The notes below the pieces were generated by a model that was not told the origin of the DNA, did not search any database, and saw only the letters and a program-made list of their open reading frames with translations. Source: Octopus bimaculoides (lineage: Eukaryota). Taken from it: 64,000 nucleotides of DNA. Made by a program: the position numbers and the translations under genes. Numbering within the stretch: the first letter of the stretch is position 1; every line of letters starts with the position of its first letter. Shown here in pieces: positions 1 through 11,995 of the stretch. The stretch lies in assembly GCF_001194135.2 (NCBI RefSeq), contig NC_068986.1:7969122-8033121 (forward strand), given 5' to 3'.

Positions 1-1017
1 TCAAGGAGGAAGTTTCATAATTTTAATGTATCACTTTAAATCACTTGTATTAGAATCTATTTCAAATAATAGTGTTAAGTATTGTAAAGAATGCTATATC
101 GGAATTGTATACATCAGACAACCCGATTATAGTTTTTTTTATCTCTTCAAGCAGATTGTGATATTTTTACAGAAACTTTCATGATATTATTCAGAAACTT
201 AGCTATCAATAATATACTGAGATGAAGAACTAATTGTGTTCTTCTTAATATATTCCTGATATATAATATAACCAAGTATTAAGAATTCAATTGTTGACTA
301 ATAAGTTCCAAGTTCGATTTCATTGCCGGTATTTTAATCAATTGTTTCGAGGCCATTATCTTCTAAGTGTAACTGTGTTAATATAAACTGTGTGTGCGCT
401 CGTTGGATGGTTGATACGAGGAATCCTAAAGTTCAGTTTTGCTCTCCTGTCCTACTCTGGTTCTGAGTGAAGCTTACATTACAACTACACAGTAGAGAAT
501 GTGCCTGCAGAAAGCTCGGCTTCATACAGTCAACTAAAATTTAATTTAAGGTCTGAACTAACCATTCGTTAATGATAATATGGGATCTATTTATAATACG
601 TTTAATGTACATAATATTGTGCAAGAAATTATTTTAGATTTCGTTTAAAACATAATTTTATTATTGTTGTATGGTAACATCTGTTGGTTATGTAATATGG
701 CATAAGCAAGGAATGAACACGGTCAGTCCATTGGTGTATACCAAATTTTACAAGTCATGACCACCTGCTTTATTCATGATATTCTGTTTTGTCGCTATTT
801 CAAATTTCTGATCATGGGTTAAAAGAGGTTTGTGAGACGATTTGAAAAGTTTTATCTGCTGTATAATAAATTTTATTCAAGCGAATAGAAGTCAACGTAT
901 GTGTGTTTTTAACTAAGACTATTTTCAGCGACAATGTTATAAAGAACTGTACATTCACAACCCAAAACAGAATTAAATAGTGTAAAATTACAACAATTCA
1001 GTAAATATGTTTTTCAG

Positions 1018-1300
1018 ATTTGTGCGACTTTTTCTTTATTCACAAGAAATATGTATGATTCGCTGACTAAATTCTACTATGAGAAGATTAAGGAATAATG
1101 TTACCTTCCCATTAGATATTGTTTGCATTGTTGGTCGTTTTTGAAAGAAAAACAGCTGTGTGCAATTTCTGCGTAAGAAACTTCGAAGATTATACACTGC
1201 TATAATTTGGTCTGAAAACAATTCTCAGCGTGGTCTACAATTAAATCGTTTCTTTGCTTCCTGTGACCTTTGCTTAGAAATCACTGGCAAGAATCAAAGT
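1018..1300 (+). mobile_element. Highly degenerate hAT-like transposase C-terminal remnant
   Basis: One frame with stops reads LHCWSFLKEKQLCAISA*ETSKIIHCYNLV*KQFSAWSTIKSF. This resembles the hAT dimerisation-region pattern FW..LK..YP.L...A...L....TYLCE..FS.L..IKS. Weak match, by eye only. Confidence 0.3.
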
Positions 1301-2279
1301 CTTTGACACTTTAGGAAATAGAATACACCATTGTTTGTTTCCGTAGATTCAAATAAATCCCTGTCAAAAATAGTTTAGCGAGAGTAAATATTGAGTGTAA
1401 TGGCACCTTGAGAATAATGAAAAGAACTGTCTCGACCAGTGTCCTTTTATACAATTGGAAAGATGGCAGGCTTGTTCGTACTTCATCTCGGTGTAAATAC
1501 TGATCTCATATATTATTTGTACAGTTTGGTTACCGAGGAAGGAGAATGTTTTGCGTGCAGAGTTGCAAATAAAACAGGCAGTATTGTAGGTTCGTTGTTA
1601 GATTTATTGTTATTTACTGAAGGAAACTTATAGAGTGGCCTATAGAAGAATTCTACGAGCGTTATAGGTTTGGAAAGGGACCAGCAGACACACACAGCAA
1701 CTTGAGTGAGATGGCGTTCTACTTTTAAAACTTTTGTTTGAAATCAGGTTTCTGGTGTTTGAAAGAAAGTCAGAAAAATCGAAATAAATCAAGATAAGAT
1801 TTATGATCTGCGAGAGTAAACGCTATTCAGCGTAGTTTTAGTCACGTGTACGTAAAGGAGATACTATGAGTGTTGTTATCGTATTGACCCTTTGTTGTGG
1901 TCAGTTAGTATTTGTGAAGAAAACCAAATGTATAAATCCACGCATGGGAATGCGTGGATGAATGAAGCTAAAGACGATGTCTTTTTTTTCATATAATATT
2001 TTAATGTACACAAAATCTGATCGTCTGTCGTGATGCCTCTTCGATTTGAATTTTATAAGGTTTAAAAATCCTCAATACGCAATCCAGATCGATAGATTTG
2101 AGAAGCTGACAATGTTAGTAGTATAGGTTGTTGATGATGTTGGGGAGAAGAGTAACTCCATCAAAATCTAAATATTTAGTTTATTTCAGATGGTGAAACT
2201 AGAATTGATTTTTTATCTTTGGAATTTCCCTAACACTGTTGTTCTGTTTTATGAAAGGAGTCAATATCATGTTCTAAAT

Positions 2280-3950
2280 AAGAAATGTGTACTTTGTGTT
2301 CCATTTTTCACCGTCTCTATTGTTTAGAATTGGTGAAGGGCTTTCTTGTTTGGTGAGGGTAAGTTGTTATTGGAAGTTTTTCTCTAGTCTGATGCAATTT
2401 GACCATTGCTAGAATTGTTACTTGTTCTGCTTATTTTGTTGAATGTTTTGCTACTTATTTTGGATTTCAATTTAGCTACCAATATTGTGCTAGTCTTTGG
2501 CGTACTGCCACATTTAGCTGCTTAATATCTAATTAGATTTATGTTGTATGTTAGGTTGGCGTGTTGCGTTTGTATTTGTTGCTCCTTTTTTATTTGATAG
2601 TGTCTTTCATCTCTGTAATTATGGTTGTATTCTCATGTTGATTATCGGGATATGTATTTTCGTTAAATGTGTGTTGAGCTAAATCTATATTGTTGAATGT
2701 AGTCTCATTGGATTCTGGCAAATGTAATTCTATCATTCAGTGAAAATGGTTCTACTGGGATATTGTGGTAGTTTATTTCCATGCAAGTATATATTTTTTC
2801 CCATTGATCTATGAGCGTATTGAGAGGTTGATAGCCAGGTGATTGGAGAAGAATTGGTAAATTGTTGTTTGCGGTATGTTTGACGTAGTCAGTTGTGGTG
2901 GGATGTGTGGGGGTGGATGAAAAGGAAGGAGAAAAAATGAAAGGAATTATTGGAGTTCACATAGTCTTTAGAAATTATTGACGTTAACGTAGTTTATTGT
3001 TGTTTTGGTGGAAGTGGGTTTAGGTTGGAAATGGAATTTAGTTTTGATCTTATTGGAACGCATCCAGTGTTATATGAATTAAGTTTATAACGTGTCGTGC
3101 GTATTGAAGTAATTCCCTTGTGATAATGTGTGAGTGTATGTTGCGATAATTTAGTTTAAAAAGTGTTCACTATTGGAAAGAGGGTGAAGACGATGTTGGT
3201 TTAATAGGTTTATTCTGCTAATGTGTTCCCGTTTACTTTATTTATTCAGACTGTTTATAAACCGAGTATATTTTCGATACTTATTAGACTCTAATACATG
3301 TCGAAAATATACTAATATTTAGAGTAAAAGTAACTTTCGTGATGTGGTGTATACTTTACTGATTTCTGCTTGTTTGTTTCTTCTCTTATTGATTAATGAA
3401 TGCTGTGTGTGATGTTGAATAATTTTCAATTCTATGAAAGTATGTTTTAGGCATTTTTTTATTGTATCGTAATAGGTTTAGTTCAATGATGTGGTAATAC
3501 AGTGGATTCCGTTGGTTGTAGTTGAGTATTTTGTGATTGTGTTCTTTGCATTTAGTATATTACTTGTTTTTGTTGGTGGTATGTTCGGGTTGGTATATCT
3601 AGGGAATCTAATGGACGATAATGGTAGGACATCCAGATTATTTTAGTTTATTTATTCTTGTGATTCTGGAGAATATTTAAACCTGTTTTCATGGTGCTTT
3701 AAAACTGAACTTGCAATCTCCTTTGAGAATTTACTTCTTCCTATATTAAAGTGTCCTTGTTTTATATCATAATCGTTGAACGACAACTTCGGTGGTTATA
3801 GTTTTCCCATAGGTCAGTTAATGTCTAAATATATTCTGATGTGCAAAGTCCCAGTTGAGTATCTTTACCTCGGTGAGGAACAAATGCCACAATAGACTTG
3901 GTTCAAAAAGTAACGGTGTTTAGTATTTTCGCCGATATATATTTTGTTCA
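2280..3950 (-). mobile_element. Decayed Penelope-like element, RT C-terminus/linker to GIY-YIG end
   Basis: Minus-strand fragments QRLAQYW*LN*NPK...VKLHQTREKLPITTYPHQ (about 2350-2500) resemble the PLE GIY-YIG C-terminus. TLFKLNYRNIHSHIITRELL (about 3100-3170) is a weaker linker-like match. Many stops and frameshifts. Confidence 0.5.
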
Positions 3951-4229
3951 TTGATATACACTGGTGAAAGATATATACATCTCCACATTTAAAAAACATG
4001 TATGTAGACATACATAGACTCATACAAGCATGTCTACATCTATTCATAGAGATGAAGATCATAAATAGAGTTTCCAGTGACAAAGTCCCTTTGAAATTTT
4101 TGCTCAACTTGCTCCGGAATAGAACCTGAAACCACGCGGGAACAAAGTAATCGTTGTAATCACACATCCATTCTTTGATTTGTCGGTATTTGTCATTTTT
4201 AGACATTAGCAAGACACATATTATTACGC

Positions 4230-5800
4230 GGCTGGGTGGTACTACCTTTCGCGATGGTACTTAACAGCAATATATGGTCTTTTTTATCTCTCTGTGAATT
4301 AGCATATCCCAAAGTATGATCCCATTGTTACTCCTTAAGACTTTCACTAGTGTATGTTTATGGCACCTTTCTCTCGTTATTTCATTGTGCTGCCATAATA
4401 TCTTGTGTATGAAAGCTCCAACTTTGTCATGCATGTAGAACTATTCACTTGAGGCTACAACTGGAAAGTCAGAAATCACGTGATTAAGTATTTCTTCCAA
4501 ACCATCAGAGATGCTAAACTTGTTTATTATGCTGCATTGAATGCTTTTGCTTGTTTCCGGTCGTAAATTTTTGCCTTATACCTAAAAAAATCATTCCCTT
4601 GCAACTACAATCCCTACACTGCCCAGCCATTGCCGAGATTTTCCTTCATCTCTGCTTTCAATCTTATTACGTATCGTTTTCATATCGCATTCTCCAACAT
4701 TATGTTCAGTTATTACTTTCTTAACAGAGTTATTATTTCTACATTCTCATCACAAGAGTCATTGCCTCAATTTCAGTCATATATTTACTTGTTCCCTTTA
4801 AACAAAAAGCAGTGGTCTGTTTGTTTGTTTTCGTTTTGCAGGTTTGCTTTGTTTTTGTTTGGCTGGGGGTAGGAAGTTCTGCATTAATTACCATTTTAGT
4901 TATACTAGACATCTTTGTAATCCAGCACTGGATGTTCTATAATACTTTTTTTCTAATTGCAGAAAACCTCTATTCCTATATTCTATAACTATAATCTTTC
5001 TCTTTCGGATTTTGGTGGCGTATTCGACATGAAATCTCCATTATCTTGTTTCCGAAGCTAACCTTATTAAAGCATTTCATGTTCACTATGATATATCATA
5101 ACTGTAACCTGTAGCGATTATTATTGTCTATGGTTTTATTTTTCTGCTATTTACCTAATGTGTCTGTAATATTCTTTCCTGACTTTTCCTTTATATTTCG
5201 GCGTATTGTTCCATTGTTGAGCTCATTAATTCATAAGTATGTTTACTTTGATATGCTTAGATATGCTTCTTTATCTAACGTAATATTAATTGGGTTAATA
5301 AATATTTCTCTTTCAAAATTTGCCCTGTTACATTTTCTAAAATAGAATTTCATATAAATTATTCCTTCAGTAAATCAGTGAATTCATTATCCATTTATCT
5401 ATCGTCTGCAGCATACAAAATGACGTCATTCAGATTCAAACGACAGTTGATTATTTTTCAATACCATTTATTACTGACTGCAGCTTACTTTAACATACTG
5501 TTTAAAGATGTTAACAGTTTCCAGAAAAGAAATGACAAGAGGGGTTCATTTAAAATATTCTTTTTCTAATAGAAACAGGTAGAACATTTTTAATTCCCTC
5601 CACTTTGTGCTTCTGTGAAATTGGTTTCCTTTAAGTTATGCCATGTTTAAAAGCAATCAATCGATGCTCAGAGCTTCTGTCAGTATTCAGCCACGGCTTC
5701 GTTAGTCGGTAATTTATTCTGTACTGTCAGATAAGCTTGTGTAACCAACATTTTAATGATATATTAATTCTACTACTAGATAATCGTTACGTTCGTTTTC
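4230..5800 (-). mobile_element. Decayed Dong/R4-type (RLE) LINE, RT to C-terminal domain
   Basis: Minus-strand IRKRIF*MNPSCHFF (cf. IRRGIFQGDSLSPLLF) and INCRLNLNDVILYAADD (cf. INHLLYMDDLKLYA). Also EEILNHVISDFPVVASSE*FYMHDKVGAFIHKILWQH...VLRSNNGIILWD, matching the CCHC/RHD..V...IHW...ILWD region. Confidence 0.7.
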
Positions 5801-6096
5801 TATACATAAATCTTTCTGATATTTTCTGTTATTCATACTTTCGTTCATGTTTATCACATTCCGGATTTGTGGACCATATGCAAAGGTTCGTGTTTGTTTG
5901 TTTGCCGTTGATATTTCTATAGCAAACATAACTATTTATGTTCACGATTTCCGTTCTCAAACTTATACAGATCAAAGATTATATTTCCATTGTCTTAATT
6001 TTTGTGTTGATTTGTTTGTATTTCGTTATGTTATGTTGTTGTTTTTTTGTCTTTTAGACGTTCAATTTCTGTGCTTGGTATCTTCCTACAAATAGT

Positions 6097-6209
6097 ATTT
6101 GAGGGTCTACGGTGTGGAATATATCCTTATTCATTTTAGTCTATCCGTTATGATTTTAAAAGACTTGACTGTTATTTCTTGAAGATGGGGCAATAGCGAG
6201 CACAATTGC
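6097..6209 (+). repeat. 113-bp direct repeat, copy 1
   Basis: Identical to 7276-7388 (atttgagggtctacgg...gagcacaattgc). Confidence 0.97.
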
Positions 6210-6214
6210 AGTTT

Positions 6215-6640
6215 TTACAATTAGATGCTGGTTCATTTCTCTACAATACTCTATGTGTACATTTTGTTAGTCTCGGAGATTTGGCAGAACGTCATTTCAG
6301 GTTTCATATATCGTACTGAAAATAGGGATTCTCTTAGGAATACAGGGCCTAATGATATGATCTTCACGAGTGTTTCTCGTTTTTATTGTTTACTGAATTT
6401 GACTGATCCTTATTTTAACAATTCCCTGTTAGTAGATAATGGGTATCCGTTGATTGACGTAAAATTGCAATGCGCTGTGGGAAAAATATCGATAAATTTT
6501 CACTAAGTTAAAATGTTTTTGGCGTATATATCATTCAATATTCTTTATATTTTTCGGTATTACTTCGGTGGTATTCGATTCATAAGCCCATAAGACGTTG
6601 GAGGAAAGGGATCAGCTTAGTATCAGCGTCTATCTCTTTC
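6215..6640 (-). mobile_element. Decayed Penelope-like RT fragment (N-terminal RT motifs)
   Basis: Minus-strand PPTSYGLMNRIPPK*YRKI*RILNDIYAK (cf. NPTCRLINPAKSEIGKISKRILD.IN) and NFTSINGYPLSTNRELLK*GSVKFSKQ (cf. FDIVNFYPSITRELL..AL.FA). Confidence 0.5.
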
Positions 6641-7275
6641 TCTTCGGTACCACATTACGTTTTCCCAGGCCCTTAATAATACCGTCATTTTGTCATCACA
6701 AATCCTCCGTTTTTTTTTTGTCCATTTTATTGATAACATTTCAAGAAACGTCCGCATTTATTAATGGCGTCATTTGAAGTTGAAATATGAAAGCTTTACC
6801 AGACGGTTTTTACCATACTTCTAACCCTTTTTTATAACTTATGCAGAACTTATGTCTTTATTTTCTTTTAGTAAGATGTCTTGCTTTATCTGCAAGTGTC
6901 AAATCTAAATATAGAAATTCTATAGACGTTCTCTATTTGTTCAAGGTTTCTATTTTGTCAAACGGTATAAGTTATGTGAACGTTTTGATAAGTTTTATTA
7001 TTAATGCATTTTTTCTTTCCTGCTCACGATTCTTTATAATGCTTAGGTTTTCACTGTTGTAAGACAAAAATAAAAATATCTTTCTATCATGACGGAAAAT
7101 CTCAGAGAAAATATATTTTTAGATTATTACACATTCCAAGAACTGTAGAGTTTTGCATGTGATTGATTCTTGCTTTCACTTATTTTCACTGGACGTTTGA
7201 TTGTTGTTTAACCCTAGGTCAGCCTTCATAACTATGATCACAGGTTGTCCATACCTAAACTTATCATAGATCTGC

Positions 7276-7388
7276 ATTTGAGGGTCTACGGTGTGGAATA
7301 TATCCTTATTCATTTTAGTCTATCCGTTATGATTTTAAAAGACTTGACTGTTATTTCTTGAAGATGGGGCAATAGCGAGCACAATTGC
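7276..7388 (+). repeat. 113-bp direct repeat, copy 2
   Basis: Identical to 6097-6209. Confidence 0.97.
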
Positions 7389-7516
7389 CTGTTGGTTTCT
7401 GTGCAAACAAGTTTCTCTATAGAGAAACACTTGACGGAAATACTTAGAGCAAATTATTTACAATATTGAAGGCTTCATTGAAACAAACATTTAGTAATGT
7501 CTTCACGTTTTTTGTT

Positions 7517-7643
<127 letters not shown>

Positions 7644-8099
7644 AGATAACAATGCAAGGAGCATGTGGCGAAAGAATGCTGAACATGGACATAATTAGAA
7701 ATGTTGTTGCGGAAAGAGAGATTGTTCTAAACAAATTATACTTTGTTCTATAGAAATGGAAACGTTTGAAGATGAGAATAAAGGAAAAGCAATATCAACC
7801 AAAGGATCTTTCAGCAAAATCTTTTATTTTTTCTGCAGATACCTCTCTAAGAATATACTAGGAAGCAGAGCGATATAAGAGAAAATAAACTTTATGATAG
7901 ATCTCAATCAATCCTTTCAATATATGATGAAAAATACCTAAAATGGCACAAAAGAGACGCTCAATAATGAGAACTATTAGAAAGAATTGGATCATGAGAC
8001 TCTAATAAGTCTTCAACATTTCCTCCTCTTTTCCGTTCAGATATTTTCTATCTAAAACATCATAAGAATACGCATGGAAATATTTGATTCTATTGTTAT

Positions 8100-8129
8100 T
8101 TGTATTATTTATATTATTATTAACATTTA

Positions 8130-8192
<63 letters not shown>

Positions 8193-8210
8193 CATTATTA
8201 TTATTATTAT
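8100..8210. repeat. (ATT)n microsatellite
   Basis: Direct reading. Confidence 0.97.
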
Positions 8211-8213
8211 TTT

Positions 8214-8339
8214 AGGATTGATGTTATTCCTCCCGAAGGTAAAGAAACATTAAAAAGAGTGCGGATGTTATCGAACAAGAATGAAGTGTCGCACTCTTCT
8301 TATTGTTCCTTTACCTCCGGGAGGAGTAACATCAATCCT
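8214..8339. mobile_element. Palindromic hairpin MITE, about 125 bp
   Basis: Arms of about 50 bp (8214-8263 and 8290-8339) are reverse complements with about 5 mismatches, around a 26-bp spacer. The ends read TTTA-GG...CC-TTAA. Confidence 0.75.
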
Positions 8340-8359
8340 TAATTGTTACCAAAATGATG

Positions 8360-8515
8360 TAGATTGATTTACGGAATGAGTTCAAATTCCGCTGAGGTCG
8401 ACTTTGCGTTTCATCCCTTAGAGGTTGATAAAATGAATACCAGTTGAGAACTGGAGCTGATGTAATCAACTTAGACCCACCCCATAACTGCTGACCTTCT
8501 GCCAAAATCTGAAAT
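8360..8515 (+). mobile_element. tRNA-derived SINE, family B (decayed)
   Basis: B-box-like gagttcaaattcc, then gaggtcgactttgcgtttcatcc...gataaaatgaataccagttgagaactgg. This core is shared with 25400-25545 and with 54110-54305 (reverse). Confidence 0.65.
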
Positions 8516-8538
8516 CATTGTTATTGTTATCGACTATG

Positions 8539-8606
<68 letters not shown>

Positions 8607-8650
8607 CACACTCACGTACATATCTATCTATGTATATATACATTCATGGC

Positions 8651-8681
<31 letters not shown>

Positions 8682-8822
8682 NNNNNNNNNNNNNNNNNNN
8701 NNNNNNNNNNNNNNNNNNNNNNNNNNNNNNNNNNNNNNNNNNNNNNNNNNNNNNNNNNNNNNNNNNNNNNNNNNNNNNNNNNNNNNNNNNNNNNNNNNNN
8801 NNNNNNNNNNNNNNNNNNNNNN

Positions 8823-8866
<44 letters not shown>

Positions 8867-8894
8867 TGTACGTATATATTTATGTGTGTGTGTA

Positions 8895-9063
8895 TGCATA
8901 TAATCAAAATAAAGAACAAGATATGAAGTAGTGATGCAGTACAACCGTTTCAAGCGGCTCCATTTAATTGAACAATGCAAACATTACATCAATTTAAATA
9001 TAGTGACATTTTCAGCTGCACAAATAAATATAATTTTAACAAGTATGACTTCCAAGAATCGCA
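8895..9063 (-). mobile_element. PLE 3'-end/pLTR repeat with hammerhead-like motif, copy 1 (inverted, internally deleted)
   Basis: Reverse-complement homolog of 10513-10775. The minus strand reads TGCAG-CTGAAAA-...-GAAACGGTTGTA-CTGCA at 9020-8935. Confidence 0.75.
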
Positions 9064-9949
9064 TTAAGACTATTGCGGTCATTGTGTTGGAAGGAATTCT
9101 AATTCAATTCTAAATCATTTATCTCTTTATCAACTACTAAATCTAAGACTAGAACACTGTGTCTGTTTTGAATAAAGGACAAAAGTGAATTGACAGCAAG
9201 GTATGGTCATAAATATTATCAGATGCATCCCTTTTCCTCAGGGTAGAAATAACACATTAGGAGTAGTCAGTTGAATATAAGTAACTATCTATAAAAAGGA
9301 GCAGAGTAGGGGAAGACTTTAAATCATGATGTTAATTACCAGTTAAAGGGGCAAGACGCTAAGAAACGAAAGATGTTAATACAGAGGAATTTTTATTTTG
9401 GGGCACTATGTCTGATTGTTTATAAACAATATTGTTATCATGTATAAAACTAAAATTTAAGAATTTCAAAAATAATATCAGAACCAAAATACATCGAAGA
9501 TGTGTATATATAAATTATAAACATGAAAAAGGAAAGATTACATAGTATCAGTTTAATATTCATTCATGTACTTAATTAATTATTTATTAGGTAGTTTCTA
9601 TAAAGACTGCTCAGGGCATCTACTTATGGAACAGCTGGAAAGATATACATACTATCTATCAATTTTAAGCTATGAATCAGAAAAAAGTAAAGATGCATAC
9701 AGATACACACGCATTCGTATATGTGCATATATACACATACACAAATATTTATACTTTATATGGATATTGTACAAGCATCTCGCATAGACTTAAGTACTGA
9801 AAAATATCTATTTACGAACATGAAAAGTAACAATTTATAAGAAATAAGAGGTTATTAGGTAACGATATCAAAATAAGAAAACAAAATAATAATAATTTAT
9901 AGAAAATAATAAGAAAAACATATAACCTACATATAAAGAGGTATGAAAT

Positions 9950-10300
9950 TAAAATTGGATGTAGGGAAGAGATAAAGGTAACCCGAAAAGTGGGGTTAAT
10001 AGGTATGGTAGTAGTGAGGGCAGTTAAAGATATTCAGACTGAAGAGATTTATAAGTTGTAATGTTACAGGTGCTATTGTAAGCATGATTTTATAGTTTCT
10101 AGGGGGTATATAATTTAGTCGAAAGGAGGCTTACTTCTATAAAGTCACTACGAATATACATAATATGATCAGTAGGGTAGAACAATATAGAAAGGAAAAC
10201 AGTGTAATCACCAAAATAGGATGAAGTGCGACTAACTAGGCAGGGGTCATCATGGGATAGTATTAGAAATAGCACATCACATACCATAACACATAGCTTA
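9950..10300 (-). mobile_element. Possible decayed PLE RT thumb remnant
   Basis: Minus-strand IRSDFIEVSLLSTKLYTP*KL*NHAYNSTCNITTYKSLQSEYL loosely matches FLDV.V.L....STKLY.KPT....YL...S.H. Weak match. Confidence 0.3.
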
Positions 10301-10509
10301 TAACATACGCAATGCAATTTAATTTACCATATAGCATGATATCCCATGATTTTATTATATTTAATAATAGGTGGTAAGTTTACAACGGATACAACACCAA
10401 AATTAATTTCCACCATCGAAGATCAAGTATGGCACCTATAATCGTTAGCTTCGAAAATACTTAAATGTACGGGTAACGATCCCTTACAACACTTGGACCC
10501 CAAAAGGCT

Positions 10510-10858
10510 TCATGCGATTCTTGGAAGTGTAGTCTATTCTTAGCTACAATAGCGATAACATGAATTTCTTCCATCGTCTTGCTCTGTTAAAATATTTCAG
10601 AAAAATTATATTAATGTGTCCTAATTGTTACAATTCTATTTATTCATTTGTGCCGCTGAAGATGGCACTGCATTTAAATTGATGTAATGATTGCATTGTT
10701 CAATTAAATGGAGCTGCTTGAAACGGTCGTACTCCATCACTACTTGATATCCTGTTGTTTATTTTGATTTTATTCATCTTACTTCGAGCTGTGCGGATAA
10801 TACTGCACTGACTTGGTGCTTCGACTTAAGTACTTAATTCAACTGAATCTCAATTAGT
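10510..10858 (+). mobile_element. PLE 3'-end/pLTR repeat with hammerhead-like motif, copy 2
   Basis: Homologous over about 340 bp to 37445-37780 (high identity by eye). It encodes RFLEV*SILSYNSDNMN, which resembles the end of a PLE GIY-YIG domain. CTGAAGA is at 10656-10662 and GAAACGGTCGTA at 10720-10731. Confidence 0.8.
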
Positions 10859-11019
10859 TCTTTTATATATATATATATGTATATATAGATAGACAGATAT
10901 CAAGGTGTGATATGTGCACAGACACCACGCGCTTGTGTATATTCCAGTAAGATTTATATATATTACATATACGCATATACACACGTTTGCGGACATACAT
11001 ACACACACATATGTTTGTG

Positions 11020-11074
<55 letters not shown>

Positions 11075-11117
11075 ATATAATCATAAAAATGATATCAGTA
11101 GCCTAATGTAACCTATG

Positions 11118-11161
<44 letters not shown>

Positions 11162-11292
11162 CGTGTAAATAATAATAATAGTATTTTTATATAAGCTTAA
11201 ATCTTATGCCGATCACCGCGCAATGACTAAGGAAAATAGTCTAATAAAGGCGATTGTAAGCCCCCTTGACAGAAAGAAGAAGTTTCGTTTCC

Positions 11293-11364
11293 TATCCGCG
11301 TGGGAATCGAACCCAGATTCTTTTGTTAATGCGACTAAGCGTGCAACCTTTACACCAGCGAATC
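11293..11364 (-). pseudogene. tRNA-like sequence (pseudo-tRNA or SINE head)
   Basis: 72 nt with A-box TGGTGTAAAGG and B-box GGTTCGATTCC. The acceptor stem (ATTCGC/GCGGAT), D-arm (GTGT/GCAC) and T-arm (TGGG/CCCA) pair, but the anticodon arm is degenerate. Confidence 0.65.
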
Positions 11365-11865
11365 AGCCTTCTTTGCTTGCTAAATTTAAGAACTATAATA
11401 GTTCCTGTTTGTTTTACTATATGTAAAGAAACTTTCTATATGCTTTCGGTGCGAATGTTTTTCTTTTTTATGCAGCGCTGTTTTCACAATCCTCTAAATA
11501 ATAATAGAAAAAATCTTTTGGCAGGGTTCCAAGTTATGGCTTATCACAATCCTATACTGTAAATTCGTGCATGAGCTCCAGATAAACTAGTTTCTATAGA
11601 GTGATGTATAAGAGACAAGTTAAAATAATGGTCATTATGTATAATTCCTTTATTATAGCTAATTTGGCTTACAGCTGTTTCCAGGAGTCATTATAGAACG
11701 GTTTACTCAATTGATCAAGAGACTAATTGAGTAAACCTATCTATAATGATTACTGCGAACAGTTGTAAGACAAGTTTGCTATAAGAAAGGAAGTGTATGT
11801 AATGACCGTTATTTTAATTTGTCTTATATATCACTCTGTATATAGATACATACAAAATGTTAGGT

Positions 11866-11910
11866 ACCCCAGCATGGCCCCAGTCGAATGGCTGAAACAA
11901 GTAAAAGATA
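11866..11910 (+). mobile_element. SINE family A 3' tail fragment
   Basis: ccagcatggccccagtcgaatggctgaaacaagtaaaaga matches the tail of the 47061-47470 copy. Confidence 0.75.
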
Positions 11911-11942
11911 GATACATACAAACACACGTATGCACACTCACA

Positions 11943-11995
<53 letters not shown>

